Source of the DNA: an uncultured Geobacteraceae bacterium
GTDB taxonomy: Bacteria; Desulfobacterota; Desulfuromonadia; Geobacterales; Geobacteraceae
DNA length: 64,000 nt
Assembly: GCA_964649725.1 (NCBI GenBank)
Contig: CAZYTM010000001.1
Location: 749,675 to 813,674 of the forward strand
Direction of reading: 5' to 3'
Each line of letters begins with the position of its first letter. The first letter of the stretch is position 1. Under the pieces are notes generated by a model. The model did not search any database. It was not told the DNA's origin and saw only the letters and a program-made list of their open reading frames with translations. The position numbers and the translations under genes were made by a program. Shown here in pieces: positions 39,828 to 49,847 of this stretch.

Positions 39828-41386
39828 GTGTTAGTGGACAAACGCTACCGGATCTTTGCCATCGGTGATATCAATGCCTTTTTCGGTCTGATGCTCGACA
39901 ACATGTCCGGGCTGGTGATCATGGCGGCTATTCTGACTGGCATCTTTCAGATACCGAAGGAGTTGGTTCTCGGCAAAATGATCCCGGGGAGCGCCGTAGG
40001 GGTACTGTTCGGCGATCTGCTCTACACATGGATGGCAGTCAGACTTGCTGAAAGGACCGGCAATCAGACTGTTACGGCCATGCCGCTCGGCCTCGATACC
40101 CCCTCCACCTTTGGCATGGCTTTTGGTGTTATCGGTCCGACCTGGCTGGCTAGCAAGGATGCTCTGTTAACCTGGCAGGTCGGGATGGCAACCATTGTCC
40201 TGATGGGATTATTCAAGATTGCAGTCTCCTTCTGCGGCCCGGCAGTCCGGCGGGCAATACCGCGGGCCGGGCTACTTGGCAGTATTGCCGCAGTGGCACT
40301 GCTGCTGATCGCATATCTGCCGACTCTGAAGCTGTTCAGTTCCCCGGTGGTCGGCTTCATTTCATTGGCGATTGTTCTGGCCGCCCTTATTGCCCGCATC
40401 AGACTCCCTTTCCGGGTGCCTGGGGCGCTGGCCGGCATACTTTGCGGCAGCGTAGCCTACTATCTGCTCGGCACCCTGGACCTGCTTCCTGGAAGTCAGC
40501 AACTCCTCCCCCGCTTTCCTGAGCTTCGACTCGCACTACCAATGCCTACCCTTGCCTTCATAGACGGTCTGCCGCAGGCGCTCACCTTTCTGCCGCTGGC
40601 AATCCCCTTTGCTCTGGCAACTGTGGTCGGCGGAGTCGACGTGACCGAGAGCGCAGCTGCTGCAGGGGACGATTACAATACCCGTGACGTTCTTCTGGTG
40701 GAGGGTTTTGCAACTCTGCTGGCCGGCTTGTGTGGCGGTGTGCTGCAATCGACCCCCTATATAGGTCACCCGGCTTATAAGGAGATGGGTGGGCGGGCCG
40801 GTTATACACTGGCCACGGCCATCTTTATCGGCCTCGGCGGGGTACTCGGCTATCTATCCTTCTGTGTCGAACTGCTCCCGGAAGCAGCGGTTGTACCTAT
40901 CCTCATCTTCATCGGCATCGAAATCACCGCGCAGGCTTTTGAGGCGACACCGAAAAGGCATTACAAGGCGATTGCACTCGCCTTTCTCCCAACCATTGCC
41001 TGTCTGTACAGATCGAATTCAGCCTGATCCTTGGTAATCTGGGGAAGAGCGCGGCGGACCTGACTGCCGAAGTGGCAGCCGGTTACTGGGCGACCCAGAT
41101 GCTAGGCAACGGATTTATCGTCACATCACTCCTCTGGGGAGCTGCCTTTGCAGCGCTCCTTGATCATCAGTTGCGTCGTTCAGCTATTTTTCTGCTGATC
41201 TGTGCTGCTGCTACCCTCTGCGGGGCGATTCATTCGCCATTAGCGAACGGGGCGATGTTTCTCCCCTGGCAGCCGCCACTGCCGCTAGTCTGGCACCTGG
41301 CGGCAGGTTATCTGGCAATGGCAATGGTATTTGTTGGCTTGAGTATGGGGAAGGGGACTCTCCCTGCCGGGGATCAGTTTCAATAG
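39828..41386 (+). pseudogene. Polytopic permease (xanthine/uracil/vitamin C permease-like) interrupted by a -1 frameshift near 41000-41010
   Basis: ORF 39828-41027 (frame 0) stops at TGA 41025-41027. Frame 2 is open from before 41006 and reads ...VQIEFSLILGNLGKSAADLTAEVAAGYWATQMLGNGFIVTSLLWG... through to 41386, continuing the same hydrophobic protein. Confidence 0.55.
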
Positions 41387-42825
41387 GGGGGTAAGAGCCT
41401 GCGCAAGCCGTGGGACAGGACTACGACCAGAAAGAGCAGATTCCGCAGCAGGAGCAGATATGGTTTCACCGTGACCGGCTTGACCTTTTCCCCGTTGATT
41501 GCCTGCCCCAGTCGCATCCCCAGCGTTTCCATCCATATGACCGAGCGGGGCCATTCCCAGAGGCTTTCCCGCAATGGTTTCGGAATCCCCTTTTTGCCTG
41601 TTCCTGCACCGACTATCCCCCCGACTATGGCCGCCACGGTATCGGTGTCACCGCCACAGGCAATTACAGCGGAGACTGCGGCATGGTAGTCTTCTGGGTA
41701 TCTGAGCCACGCGTGGATCGCCATGGCTACCGTGTGGGGCATATAGCCGCTGATTCCAGAAGCGCAGCCTATCGCTGCGGCAAACAGTTCGGACTCTTCG
41801 TTTCTGCCAGCACTTGCCGCTGCCTGGCGGAGAAGAACTGACAGTTCATTATCGAGACTGCTGGCAAAATGCTGCTGCAAAGATTCCGGGAAGCGCTGCC
41901 AGGTCGCATCCTCTTTGCGGAAGGCTGCACAATAGGCGGCCCATGCAACGGTCAGGGCGCCGGCTAAGGCACGGGGATCTGTATGGGTAATCCTGGTCGA
42001 GGAGTTGACCAGTGCAAGCATCAGCTCGGGTTCATCGCCGTAACAGACGCCGATGATAGGGCTGCGCATGGCCGGCCCATTACCGGCAGAGCATACGCCG
42101 CTTTTGCTGGGGGGAAACCCGATAAGCAGCTTCAAGATCGACCGCAAGGTAGCAAAGCCAACCCCGGCAGGCAATCCTAGCAGCCAGAAGCGGAGCCGCC
42201 AGCCAAGGTTTGCGGCAAATTCGCGCGGCTGCAACTCTGTGGCGACAGTCGCGGTGCTGGTGAGGGACTGGGCCACCAGGCAGGCATGTTCCGTATCGTC
42301 AGAGCAGAAACCGAGCCCAAAAAAGAAAGAGTAGCGGTCCAGACGAGGGAAGAGTTTCTGTCGCCGCTGTTTCGATAACCCCTCGCTGGCCAGTCCAAGG
42401 GCATCTCCCACGGCAATGCCGAGCAGGGTACCGACTATTGCCTGTTGCATCTTTGTCAGGGGGGAGCTATCCTCGGCAATGGCATTCTCGTCATCAATCC
42501 CGTGCAGTTTCGCATCTATCCCGGCGAGCAAGGCAAAGAAAGTATACAGTGCGCTCCCCGGGTCAAGCAGAAAAGGTATCCAGAACCAGGGTTTAAGTGC
42601 CGGTAATGGCGCGGCAATGATTGCTATCATGCCGGCCAGACCGCCGAGCAGCGGTATCATGGACGGGGCACGTTCCCCCTCTCTGAGTCGGGAGGGGATG
42701 ATGAACATGTACTGTATATTGGCCAGGGTGGCACCGACAAAAATCAGTACTGCCAACGCAGTTATGATCCAGGCAATGTAAAGCATCTGTGTCTCCATAG
42801 TCAGGTTGAGCATCCCGGTCGTCAT
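41380..42825 (-). CDS. ADP-ribosylglycohydrolase-family protein with N-terminal (about 3 TM) and C-terminal hydrophobic anchors
   Basis: ARH motifs LGIAVGDALGLASEG, CSDDTEH and GGDTDTVAAIVGGIVGAGTG. Hydrophobic N-terminus MLYIAWIITALAVLIFV..., IPLLGGLAGMIAIIAAP..., and C-terminal LLRNLLFLVVVL. The best SD (GGAGA) precedes the internal ATG at 42786. Confidence 0.75.
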   Translation of the reverse strand: MTTGMLNLTMETQMLYIAWIITALAVLIFVGATLANIQYMFIIPSRLREGERAPSMIPLLGGLAGMIAIIAAPLPALKPWFWIPFLLDPGSALYTFFALLAGIDAKLHGIDDENAIAEDSSPLTKMQQAIVGTLLGIAVGDALGLASEGLSKQRRQKLFPRLDRYSFFFGLGFCSDDTEHACLVAQSLTSTATVATELQPREFAANLGWRLRFWLLGLPAGVGFATLRSILKLLIGFPPSKSGVCSAGNGPAMRSPIIGVCYGDEPELMLALVNSSTRITHTDPRALAGALTVAWAAYCAAFRKEDATWQRFPESLQQHFASSLDNELSVLLRQAAASAGRNEESELFAAAIGCASGISGYMPHTVAMAIHAWLRYPEDYHAAVSAVIACGGDTDTVAAIVGGIVGAGTGKKGIPKPLRESLWEWPRSVIWMETLGMRLGQAINGEKVKPVTVKPYLLLLRNLLFLVVVLSHGLRRLLPPY

Positions 42826-42978
42826 TAATTAATAGCGCATCAATGATGGTTTGGCAACTGCTGACAGTTTGGCAAGGAGGAGAGATAGGGAGTCGGCTCT
42901 CGAAATATTGCGATTGCTATCATGCAAGAAGAGATTTGCTGTTTTGGTTTAAACGAGCTGATCTGCATTTCGTTTGAC

Positions 42979-43017
42979 AAAAAAGGGGGCACAGGATTTA
43001 TCCTGTGCCCCCTTTTT
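42979..43017 (-). terminator. Rho-independent terminator downstream of the first PPase gene
   Basis: aaaaaagggggcacagga-ttta-tcctgtgcccccttttt, an 18-bp stem. Confidence 0.8.
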
Positions 43018-43042
43018 AATAGTACGCATTGTCGATTATATT

Positions 43043-45052
43043 TTATCTCAACAGTGGGGCTATGATCAGGGAGACGATACTCATCAGCTTGATGAGTATA
43101 TTCATCGCCGGTCCTGATGTATCTTTGAACGGGTCGCCGACAGTGTCGCCGACAACAGCTGCCTTGTGGGCGTCGCCGCCCTTCTTCTCGCCGGCAAGAT
43201 TACCACCTTCGATGAACTTCTTTGCATTGTCCCAGACGCCGCCGGCATTGGCCATGAAGAGCGCCATCAGCACGCCGGTAACGGTGGCCCCGGCCAGCAT
43301 CCCTCCCAGAGCTTCTTTACCCAAGACAAAACCGATAAGCGGAGGGAAGATAACGGCAATGAGGCCGGGGGCGATCATCTCCTGGAGCGCAGCCTTGGTG
43401 GAGATATCGACACAGGTCTGTGAGTCTGGTTTGACACCCGGTTTCCCTTCGAGCAGGCCGGGAATTTCGCGGAACTGGCGCCGGATCTCATCGACCATCT
43501 TGCCTGCAGCCTTGCCGACGGAGGTCATGGTCAGGGCTGCAATCAGAAACGGGATAAAGCCGCCGATAAAGGTGCCGATGACAACCTGCGGGTTGGTCAG
43601 ATCGATGGAGGTAACATTGGCACTGGCTGCATAGGCGGCATAGAGTGCCAGAGCAGTCAGAGCCGCGGAGCCGATGGCAAACCCTTTCCCCATGGCAGCG
43701 GTGGTATTACCAAGGGCATCAAGGCTGTCGGTGATCTTGCGTACTTCCGGCCCCAGTTCCGCCATCTCGGAGATGCCGCCGGCGTTGTCGGCAACTGGGC
43801 CGTAAGCGTCAACGGTCATGGTCACACCGACGGTGGCAAGCATGCCTACGCCTGCCAGGGCCACACCGTAGAGACCGGCAGTCATATTGGAGACGTAGAT
43901 GGCGGCACAGATCATGACTACCGGAGCCACAACGCTCTCCATACCGACAGCAAGCCCATGGATGATATTGGTGGCCGGGCCGGTCTTGGAAGCATCAGCA
44001 ACCCGGTTGACCGGGGTGGAGGAGGTATAGTACTCGGTGATAAGGCCGATAAAGACGCCGGCCACGGTGCCGAGTAGAATCGCCCAGAACGAGCCGGGTT
44101 TGATGCCGAAAGCGGAGACTGCAAACCAGGCCCCGACAATGAATAGGCCGGCACCGATGAAGGTTGAATAGCGAAGCGCCGCAGCCGGACCGATATTTTT
44201 CAGCACATTCATGGAGAAGACCCCCACCAGCGAAGAGGCCAGACCAACTACGGCGAGGAAAATGGGGAGGAACATCAGACTGGCCTGGCCGCCACCAAGG
44301 AATTCCAGGGAACTGGCGCTGGCTGTGGCAGCAATGGCGATGGCGGCAACAATTGAGCCGACGTAGGATTCAAAAATGTCCGCGCCCATGCCGGCGATAT
44401 CGCCGACGTTGTCGCCGACATTATCGGCGATGACACCCGGGTTACGGGGATCATCTTCGGGGATGCCGGCCTCGATCTTGCCGACCAGGTCGGAACCGAC
44501 ATCAGCTGCCTTGGTGAAAATACCGCCGCCTACGCGGGCGAATAGGGCGATGGAAGATGCCCCCATGGCAAAACCGTTGATATACTGGGCGTGTTGCGGA
44601 TCACCCCAGATCATGAAGGCGATGCCGACACCGACCAGGCCGAGGCTGGCAACTGCCAGTCCCATTACCGACCCGCCGCTGTAGGAGACCATCAAAGCCG
44701 CTGCAATCCCCTTGCTGCGGGCTGCTTCGGCAGTCCGGACATTGGCCTTGGTGGCGGCCTGCATGCCGAACAGGCCGGCAAAGATGGAACAGAAGGCGCC
44801 ACCCAAAAAGGCGACTCCGGTTCGCCAGCCAAGAACCGGCGCCAGCAGCATGAGGCCGAAGACCACGACCATGAAGATGGCGAGAATCTTGTACTCGCGC
44901 TTGAGGAAGGTCATGGCACCGTCGTGGATCGCGTCGGCGATCTCGGTCATCTTCTCGTTTCCGGCAGGTTGGGCCTTGATGTAGTAGTAGATCATGACGG
45001 CGATCACTAATCCCACTACACCCATGATTGGAGCTGATACTAGCAGTAGCAT
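43043..45052 (-). CDS. hppA: Membrane-integral pyrophosphatase, K+-dependent subfamily with Na+-PPase-like signature
   Basis: 669 aa. [16 protein letters not shown] (Ala/Gly at the K+-dependence positions), [30 protein letters not shown]. Confidence 0.9.
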   Translation of the reverse strand: MLLLVSAPIMGVVGLVIAVMIYYYIKAQPAGNEKMTEIADAIHDGAMTFLKREYKILAIFMVVVFGLMLLAPVLGWRTGVAFLGGAFCSIFAGLFGMQAATKANVRTAEAARSKGIAAALMVSYSGGSVMGLAVASLGLVGVGIAFMIWGDPQHAQYINGFAMGASSIALFARVGGGIFTKAADVGSDLVGKIEAGIPEDDPRNPGVIADNVGDNVGDIAGMGADIFESYVGSIVAAIAIAATASASSLEFLGGGQASLMFLPIFLAVVGLASSLVGVFSMNVLKNIGPAAALRYSTFIGAGLFIVGAWFAVSAFGIKPGSFWAILLGTVAGVFIGLITEYYTSSTPVNRVADASKTGPATNIIHGLAVGMESVVAPVVMICAAIYVSNMTAGLYGVALAGVGMLATVGVTMTVDAYGPVADNAGGISEMAELGPEVRKITDSLDALGNTTAAMGKGFAIGSAALTALALYAAYAASANVTSIDLTNPQVVIGTFIGGFIPFLIAALTMTSVGKAAGKMVDEIRRQFREIPGLLEGKPGVKPDSQTCVDISTKAALQEMIAPGLIAVIFPPLIGFVLGKEALGGMLAGATVTGVLMALFMANAGGVWDNAKKFIEGGNLAGEKKGGDAHKAAVVGDTVGDPFKDTSGPAMNILIKLMSIVSLIIAPLLR

Positions 45053-45353
45053 GTAACGGTTCCTCCCTTTGCCAAAATATTGGACGCGCGTGTATTTTTC
45101 GGTTTCAACGGTTGTCTGGACTTGAAGGACATCTAAACGGGTTATCCATAATGGATTAGCCTGAGTTTGTCAACCATTAATTAAAGTTTACAGATGTAGC
45201 CCCTCAAAGATAGATTATTTTAGGGTTGCTTTTCTTATTGCTACAAGATATTAATGTTTAAATTTTGCGGACTTTTCGACTGGATATATCTAGATTTAAG
45301 CCAAAATCAAGAGCAGTTTGATCACAATATAGTCGGCTGAGAGGTTAAATCCA

Positions 45354-46637
45354 ATGCTCACCATGCTAGTCGTAATCTTCGTCATTGCCTACGCTGCAAT
45401 TGCCCTGGAACATCCTATCAGGATCAACAAGTCTGCCACGGCGCTGACAGGTGCCGGCCTGCTCTGGACGGTTTATGCCGTCATGACCAGCGACCATGCC
45501 CTGGTTGGGAGCCAACTCAATGAATCGCTCGCTTCTACCGCCCAGATCGTCTTCTTCCTGATTGGGGCCATGACCATAGTCGAGGTGGTGGACGCCCACA
45601 ACGGCTTCGAGGTGATCACCTCGCGCATCAAGACCACCAAACTCTCGTCGCTGATGTGGCTGGTAGGCTTCGTCACCTTCTTTCTCAGTTCGATTCTCGA
45701 CAACCTGACCACCACAATTGTCATGATCTCGCTGATGAAGAAGCTGCTGGACGACCACGATGACCGCCTCTTCTTTGCCGGGATGATAGTGGTCGCTGCC
45801 AATGCCGGCGGAGCCTGGACACCGATCGGCGATGTTACAACAACCATGCTCTGGATCGGTGGCCAGATCACTACCCTGGCTATCATGAAGGGAGTTTTCA
45901 TCGCCTCCATGATAAATCTCCTCGTACCACTGGCATTCACCAGCTATATTCTTAGGGGGCGCGAGGTCGTTTCGCCACCACAGGCTGAAGAGAGCGGTCT
46001 GCTGCAGACCACCCAGTTCGAGCGCTATCTGATGTTTTTTCTGGGGCTTGGTACACTGGTGGCAGTGCCGGTATTCAAGGCTGTCACCCATCTCCCACCG
46101 TTCATGGGGATACTCTTCGGCCTCGGTATTCTCTGGGTGGTTGGGGAGTTTCTTCATATGAATAAGGGGGAGGAGGAGAAGAGCCACCTGACTCTGGTGC
46201 ATGCACTGCAAAGAATCGACATGACTTCAATCGTCTTCTTCATAGGCATTCTGCTGGCAGTGGCAAATCTTGAGCATACCCACATACTCTCTTCCCTTGC
46301 CAAATGGCTGGACCAGACAGTCGGTCGTCTGGACGTGATCGTCACCATCATCGGTCTGTCAAGCGCCATCATCGACAATGTGCCGCTGGTGGCTGCCTCC
46401 ATGGGGATGTACAACCTGGCCCAGTATCCGCCTGACAGCTTTCTCTGGGAGTTCATGGCCTATGCCGCCGGTACCGGCGGGTCGATCCTGATCATCGGCT
46501 CTGCAGCCGGGGTGGCTGCCATGGGGCTGGAAAAGATCCACTTCTTCTGGTACGCCAAAAAGATCGGCCCCCTGGCATTGGTTGGATATTTCGGCGGGAT
46601 TGCGGCATATATCGTCCAGTACAAGATGTTTCACTGA
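45354..46637 (+). CDS. nhaD: NhaD/ArsB-superfamily Na+/H+ antiporter
   Basis: 427-aa polytopic protein. FFLIGAMTIVEVVD, LDNLTTTIVM, ANAGGAWTPIGDVTTTMLW and IDNVPL motifs, typical of NhaD-type antiporters. Confidence 0.7.
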   Translation: MLTMLVVIFVIAYAAIALEHPIRINKSATALTGAGLLWTVYAVMTSDHALVGSQLNESLASTAQIVFFLIGAMTIVEVVDAHNGFEVITSRIKTTKLSSLMWLVGFVTFFLSSILDNLTTTIVMISLMKKLLDDHDDRLFFAGMIVVAANAGGAWTPIGDVTTTMLWIGGQITTLAIMKGVFIASMINLLVPLAFTSYILRGREVVSPPQAEESGLLQTTQFERYLMFFLGLGTLVAVPVFKAVTHLPPFMGILFGLGILWVVGEFLHMNKGEEEKSHLTLVHALQRIDMTSIVFFIGILLAVANLEHTHILSSLAKWLDQTVGRLDVIVTIIGLSSAIIDNVPLVAASMGMYNLAQYPPDSFLWEFMAYAAGTGGSILIIGSAAGVAAMGLEKIHFFWYAKKIGPLALVGYFGGIAAYIVQYKMFH

Positions 46638-46652
46638 ACGATTGACAAGATG

Positions 46653-46689
46653 AAAAAAAAGAGGCGGGGAGCTCCCCGCCTCTTTTTTT
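46653..46689. terminator. Bidirectional rho-independent terminator between convergent nhaD and the 276-aa unknown
   Basis: aaaaaaaagaggcgggga-gc-tccccgcctcttttttt. Confidence 0.8.
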
Positions 46690-46709
46690 CATCTATTGTA
46701 AAACTGTTA

Positions 46710-47540
46710 TCACCCTTCCACTTTGTCCCAAGAATGGGGAATCTCGGCAGGGAAAGGGTAGAGCTTCAAACCGTTCCTGTCTCCCACGTACAAGCCGCCT
46801 GCAACTTCACGCCGATAACCGACCCAGTCATGAAAAGGTATCTGGTTAATGCAGTCTTCCAGGATGATAGTCTTGGTTTTTTTAGTTTTCTTCTCGGCGA
46901 GCTCTTGTCTGGCATCGAGGAAGCGGCTTTGGGCTGCCAGTTGAGGCAGCTCCTGGGTAAGTTCAGTGAACATAACCTGGCGGAACATCTTCCCTGGACG
47001 GTGCGTGGCATACCAGCAGTACTCTTCAGGGGTGAGGTTGGAGAGCATCACAAACTGGATCGGACAGATTACCAGATAGAGACGAGGGGTACGCGTGCCG
47101 GTAGCAGGGCGCCCGATGGTCTCGGCTACTTGATCGCTGGTCATTCTTTCATTGCAGGTATGGCTAGAGTAGGTGACCAGCGTTTTTGCCTCATCGAGGG
47201 GTAGTGTCTCGCCACCGGTCTTGACCAGATGGCAGCTTTTGTAGGCAGTGATCGGGACGCAATTGAATGCGCTGTTGGAGAGTGCGGTTTTGGTCCGGCT
47301 TCCCCCCTTTACACCGGCAAGGGCTTGGATTGAATCTGCGTAAGGATCACGCCACCCCCCTTCATCGAGGTATGTAAAACCGGGCTTCTCGCCATCGGTG
47401 GCAAGGTCCACCAGGATGCTCCGCCCGCGGAAGTGCTTGCCTGATCCGGGGCTGCGGCGATTGGCGAGACCCTGGATGCCGAGGCTGGTGGCTGTGACAT
47501 TCCCGTTCGGGACGGTCAGAATGAGAGTCGGCTCGTTCAT
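46710..47540 (-). CDS. Conserved-looking hypothetical protein, no family assignable by eye (soluble, 6 Cys, Lys-rich linker)
   Basis: 276-aa ORF with a strong AGGAGG SD 7 nt upstream. It lies 61 nt downstream of the second PPase gene on the same strand, with no terminator between, and is followed by the terminator at 46653-46689. Confidence 0.6.
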   Translation of the reverse strand: MNEPTLILTVPNGNVTATSLGIQGLANRRSPGSGKHFRGRSILVDLATDGEKPGFTYLDEGGWRDPYADSIQALAGVKGGSRTKTALSNSAFNCVPITAYKSCHLVKTGGETLPLDEAKTLVTYSSHTCNERMTSDQVAETIGRPATGTRTPRLYLVICPIQFVMLSNLTPEEYCWYATHRPGKMFRQVMFTELTQELPQLAAQSRFLDARQELAEKKTKKTKTIILEDCINQIPFHDWVGYRREVAGGLYVGDRNGLKLYPFPAEIPHSWDKVEG

Positions 47541-47601
47541 CGATTTTCCTCCTGTTTGATGGACTATGAAACTGTATCGCTCCGGAACCTCCGGATGATG
47601 A

Positions 47602-49641
47602 CTACATCTTGTTAAGTAGTGGTACGATCATCAGTGAAACTATATTAATGATCTTGATCATCGGGTTGACCGCCGGGCCGGCTGTATCCTTGTATGGATC
47701 GCCGACGGTGTCGCCGGTAACGGCCGCCTTGTGGGCCTCGCCCCCCTTGCCACCATGATAGCCGTCTTCGATATACTTTTTGGCATTATCCCAGGCGCCG
47801 CCGCCAGTAGTCATGGAGATGGCAACGAAGATGCCAGTGACGATGGTGCCGACGATCACCCCGCCGAGCGCTTTGGGACCGAGGGTGAAACCGACGATAA
47901 TCGGGGCAAGGATCGGGATCAGCCCCGGTATGATCATCTCTTTCAGGGCGGTCTTGGTGACGATGTCGACGCAGCTGGCATAGTCAGGCTTGCCGGTACC
48001 TTCCATGATCCCCTTGATTTCGCGGAACTGGCGACGGACTTCGACGACAACAGCGCCACCGGCTTTACCGACCGCTTCCATGCAGAGTGCGGCAAAGTAG
48101 TAAGGGAGCATGCCACCGATGAAGAGACCGACAATGATGTATGGATCGGATAGGTCGAAGGTTATCGATTTACCGACCAGTTTCAGTTCGTCTACGTAGG
48201 AGGTAAAGAGAATAACCGCGGCCAGGCCGGCTGAACCGATGGCGTAACCTTTGGTCACGGCTTTGGTGGTGTTACCGACTGCATCGAGCGGGTCGGTAAC
48301 GTCACGCACCGACTTGTCCAGTTCTGCCATTTCGGCTATGCCGCCGGCGTTGTCGGTAATCGGCCCGTAGGCGTCCATTGCTACAACGATTCCGGTCAGT
48401 GATAGCATGGATACGGCGGCGATGGCTATGCCGTAGACCCCTGCACATTGAAAGGAGACGATGATGCCGGCGGCAATGACGATGATCGGTGCAGCCGTCG
48501 ATTTCATGGAGATGCCGAGACCGGCGATGACGTTGGTTCCATGCCCGGTTGTTGAAGCCTGGGCGATATATTGCACTGGACTGTATTCGGTCGAGGTGTA
48601 GTACTCGGTGATCCAGAAGATGGCGCCAGTTACTACAAGGCCCACGAGCGCAGCGATAAAGATATTGTTGGCAGAAATGCCGGCAGTATTGCCAGCCGGG
48701 AACATCTTGACAGTGACAAAATAGAAGGCTATGGAAGCAATTACACCAGAGGCGATCAGCCCCTTGTAGAGAGCCGGCATGATCTTCTGGCTGGAGCCCA
48801 GTTTAACGAAAAAGGTGCCGATTATTGAGGCGATGATGGATATACCGCCAAGAATCAAAGGATAGGTAACCGTGGCAGTCACATTGTGGAAGGCTATGGC
48901 TCCGAGCAGCATGGCGGCAATAAGAGTGACGGCATAAGTCTCGAAGAGGTCTGCTGCCATGCCGGCGCAGTCGCCGACATTGTCGCCGACGTTGTCAGCG
49001 ATTACTGCCGGGTTGCGTGGATCATCTTCAGGAATGCCTGCCTCTACTTTACCCACCAGGTCAGCACCGACGTCGGCCCCTTTGGTGAAGATGCCGCCGC
49101 CTAATCTGGCGAATATGGAGATCAGCGAGCCGCCGAAGCCGAGACCTACCAACTGGCTGACCACATCTTTCACCGGTGCATCCGGCATGAGTATCAGCAG
49201 GAGCTGGTAATAACCGGCTACCCCAAGCAGGCCGAGTCCAACCACCAGCATGCCGGTGATAGCGCCACCTTTGAAGGCAACATCCAGAGCTTTGGTAATG
49301 CCTGATTTGGCAGCCTCAGTAGTGCGTACGTTGGCCCGGACCGAAACGAACATGCCGATGAATCCTGTCAGTCCGGAGAAGATCGCCCCTATGGCAAAGC
49401 CGAAGGCGGTCTTGGGGCCGAGGGCGGCAAAGAGGGCAATGAACATGATTGCCCCGACCAGGGCGATTATGGTGTACTGGCGCTTCATATAGGCGCCGGC
49501 CCCCTCCTGGATGGCGGCAGCGATCTGGCGCATCCGTTCATCCCCCTGGGGTAGTCCCAGAATCCACTTTGCTGATACGAGACCGTAGACAACGGCTGCC
49601 ACGGCACAGGCCAGGGCAAAGAGTACTGCATACTGTTCCAT
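47602..49641 (-). CDS. hppA: Membrane-integral H+-pyrophosphatase, K+-independent subfamily
   Basis: [16 protein letters not shown] (Lys/Thr at the K+-dependence positions), [22 protein letters not shown]. The ATG at 49641 ([10 protein letters not shown]...) has a GGAGG SD; the ORF-track start at 49734 has none. Confidence 0.9.
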   Translation of the reverse strand: MEQYAVLFALACAVAAVVYGLVSAKWILGLPQGDERMRQIAAAIQEGAGAYMKRQYTIIALVGAIMFIALFAALGPKTAFGFAIGAIFSGLTGFIGMFVSVRANVRTTEAAKSGITKALDVAFKGGAITGMLVVGLGLLGVAGYYQLLLILMPDAPVKDVVSQLVGLGFGGSLISIFARLGGGIFTKGADVGADLVGKVEAGIPEDDPRNPAVIADNVGDNVGDCAGMAADLFETYAVTLIAAMLLGAIAFHNVTATVTYPLILGGISIIASIIGTFFVKLGSSQKIMPALYKGLIASGVIASIAFYFVTVKMFPAGNTAGISANNIFIAALVGLVVTGAIFWITEYYTSTEYSPVQYIAQASTTGHGTNVIAGLGISMKSTAAPIIVIAAGIIVSFQCAGVYGIAIAAVSMLSLTGIVVAMDAYGPITDNAGGIAEMAELDKSVRDVTDPLDAVGNTTKAVTKGYAIGSAGLAAVILFTSYVDELKLVGKSITFDLSDPYIIVGLFIGGMLPYYFAALCMEAVGKAGGAVVVEVRRQFREIKGIMEGTGKPDYASCVDIVTKTALKEMIIPGLIPILAPIIVGFTLGPKALGGVIVGTIVTGIFVAISMTTGGGAWDNAKKYIEDGYHGGKGGEAHKAAVTGDTVGDPYKDTAGPAVNPMIKIINIVSLMIVPLLNKM

Positions 49642-49847
49642 TGGGAAAAAACCTCCGATATTTTTTGCCAGTACATGGCGTTGTTGCGGAAAGAAAAACA
49701 CCAAACTATAAATGGAATTGGCAGGATTTGTCAATATTTTAATTAATATCTGGCTCGATCATCACCACTATCAACCTAAATAGCAAAATTCTCCCAGCTG
49801 GTCGAAAATCTTGCGCATTTAATGGTGAATCTGTAATATAAGTAGAT

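Noticed and set aside
43029-43634. 201-aa plus-strand ORF, and several others, overlapping PPase-1; similar ORFs overlap PPase-2
   Set aside because: The Ala/Pro/Ser-rich antisense translations are typical of GC-rich membrane-protein genes. Both PPases are unambiguous on the minus strand.
45366-46211. 281-aa minus-strand ORF (and nested 155-aa ORF) antisense to nhaD
   Set aside because: Its composition is His/Gln/Glu/Gly-rich and low-complexity, typical of antisense frames of membrane-protein genes. The plus strand encodes a coherent polytopic antiporter.
46650-47204. 184-aa plus-strand ORF opposite the 276-aa unknown gene
   Set aside because: Its ATG lies inside the terminator hairpin A-run and it has no SD. 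The minus-strand ORF is longer, has an AGGAGG SD, and fits the operon and terminator layout.
49799-49815. Sigma54-like element TGGTCG-AAAATC-TTGCG 33 nt upstream of larA
   Set aside because: The GG to GC spacing is 13 nt (G49800 to G49813) instead of the essentially invariant 12, so it is probably not a functional -24/-12 promoter.
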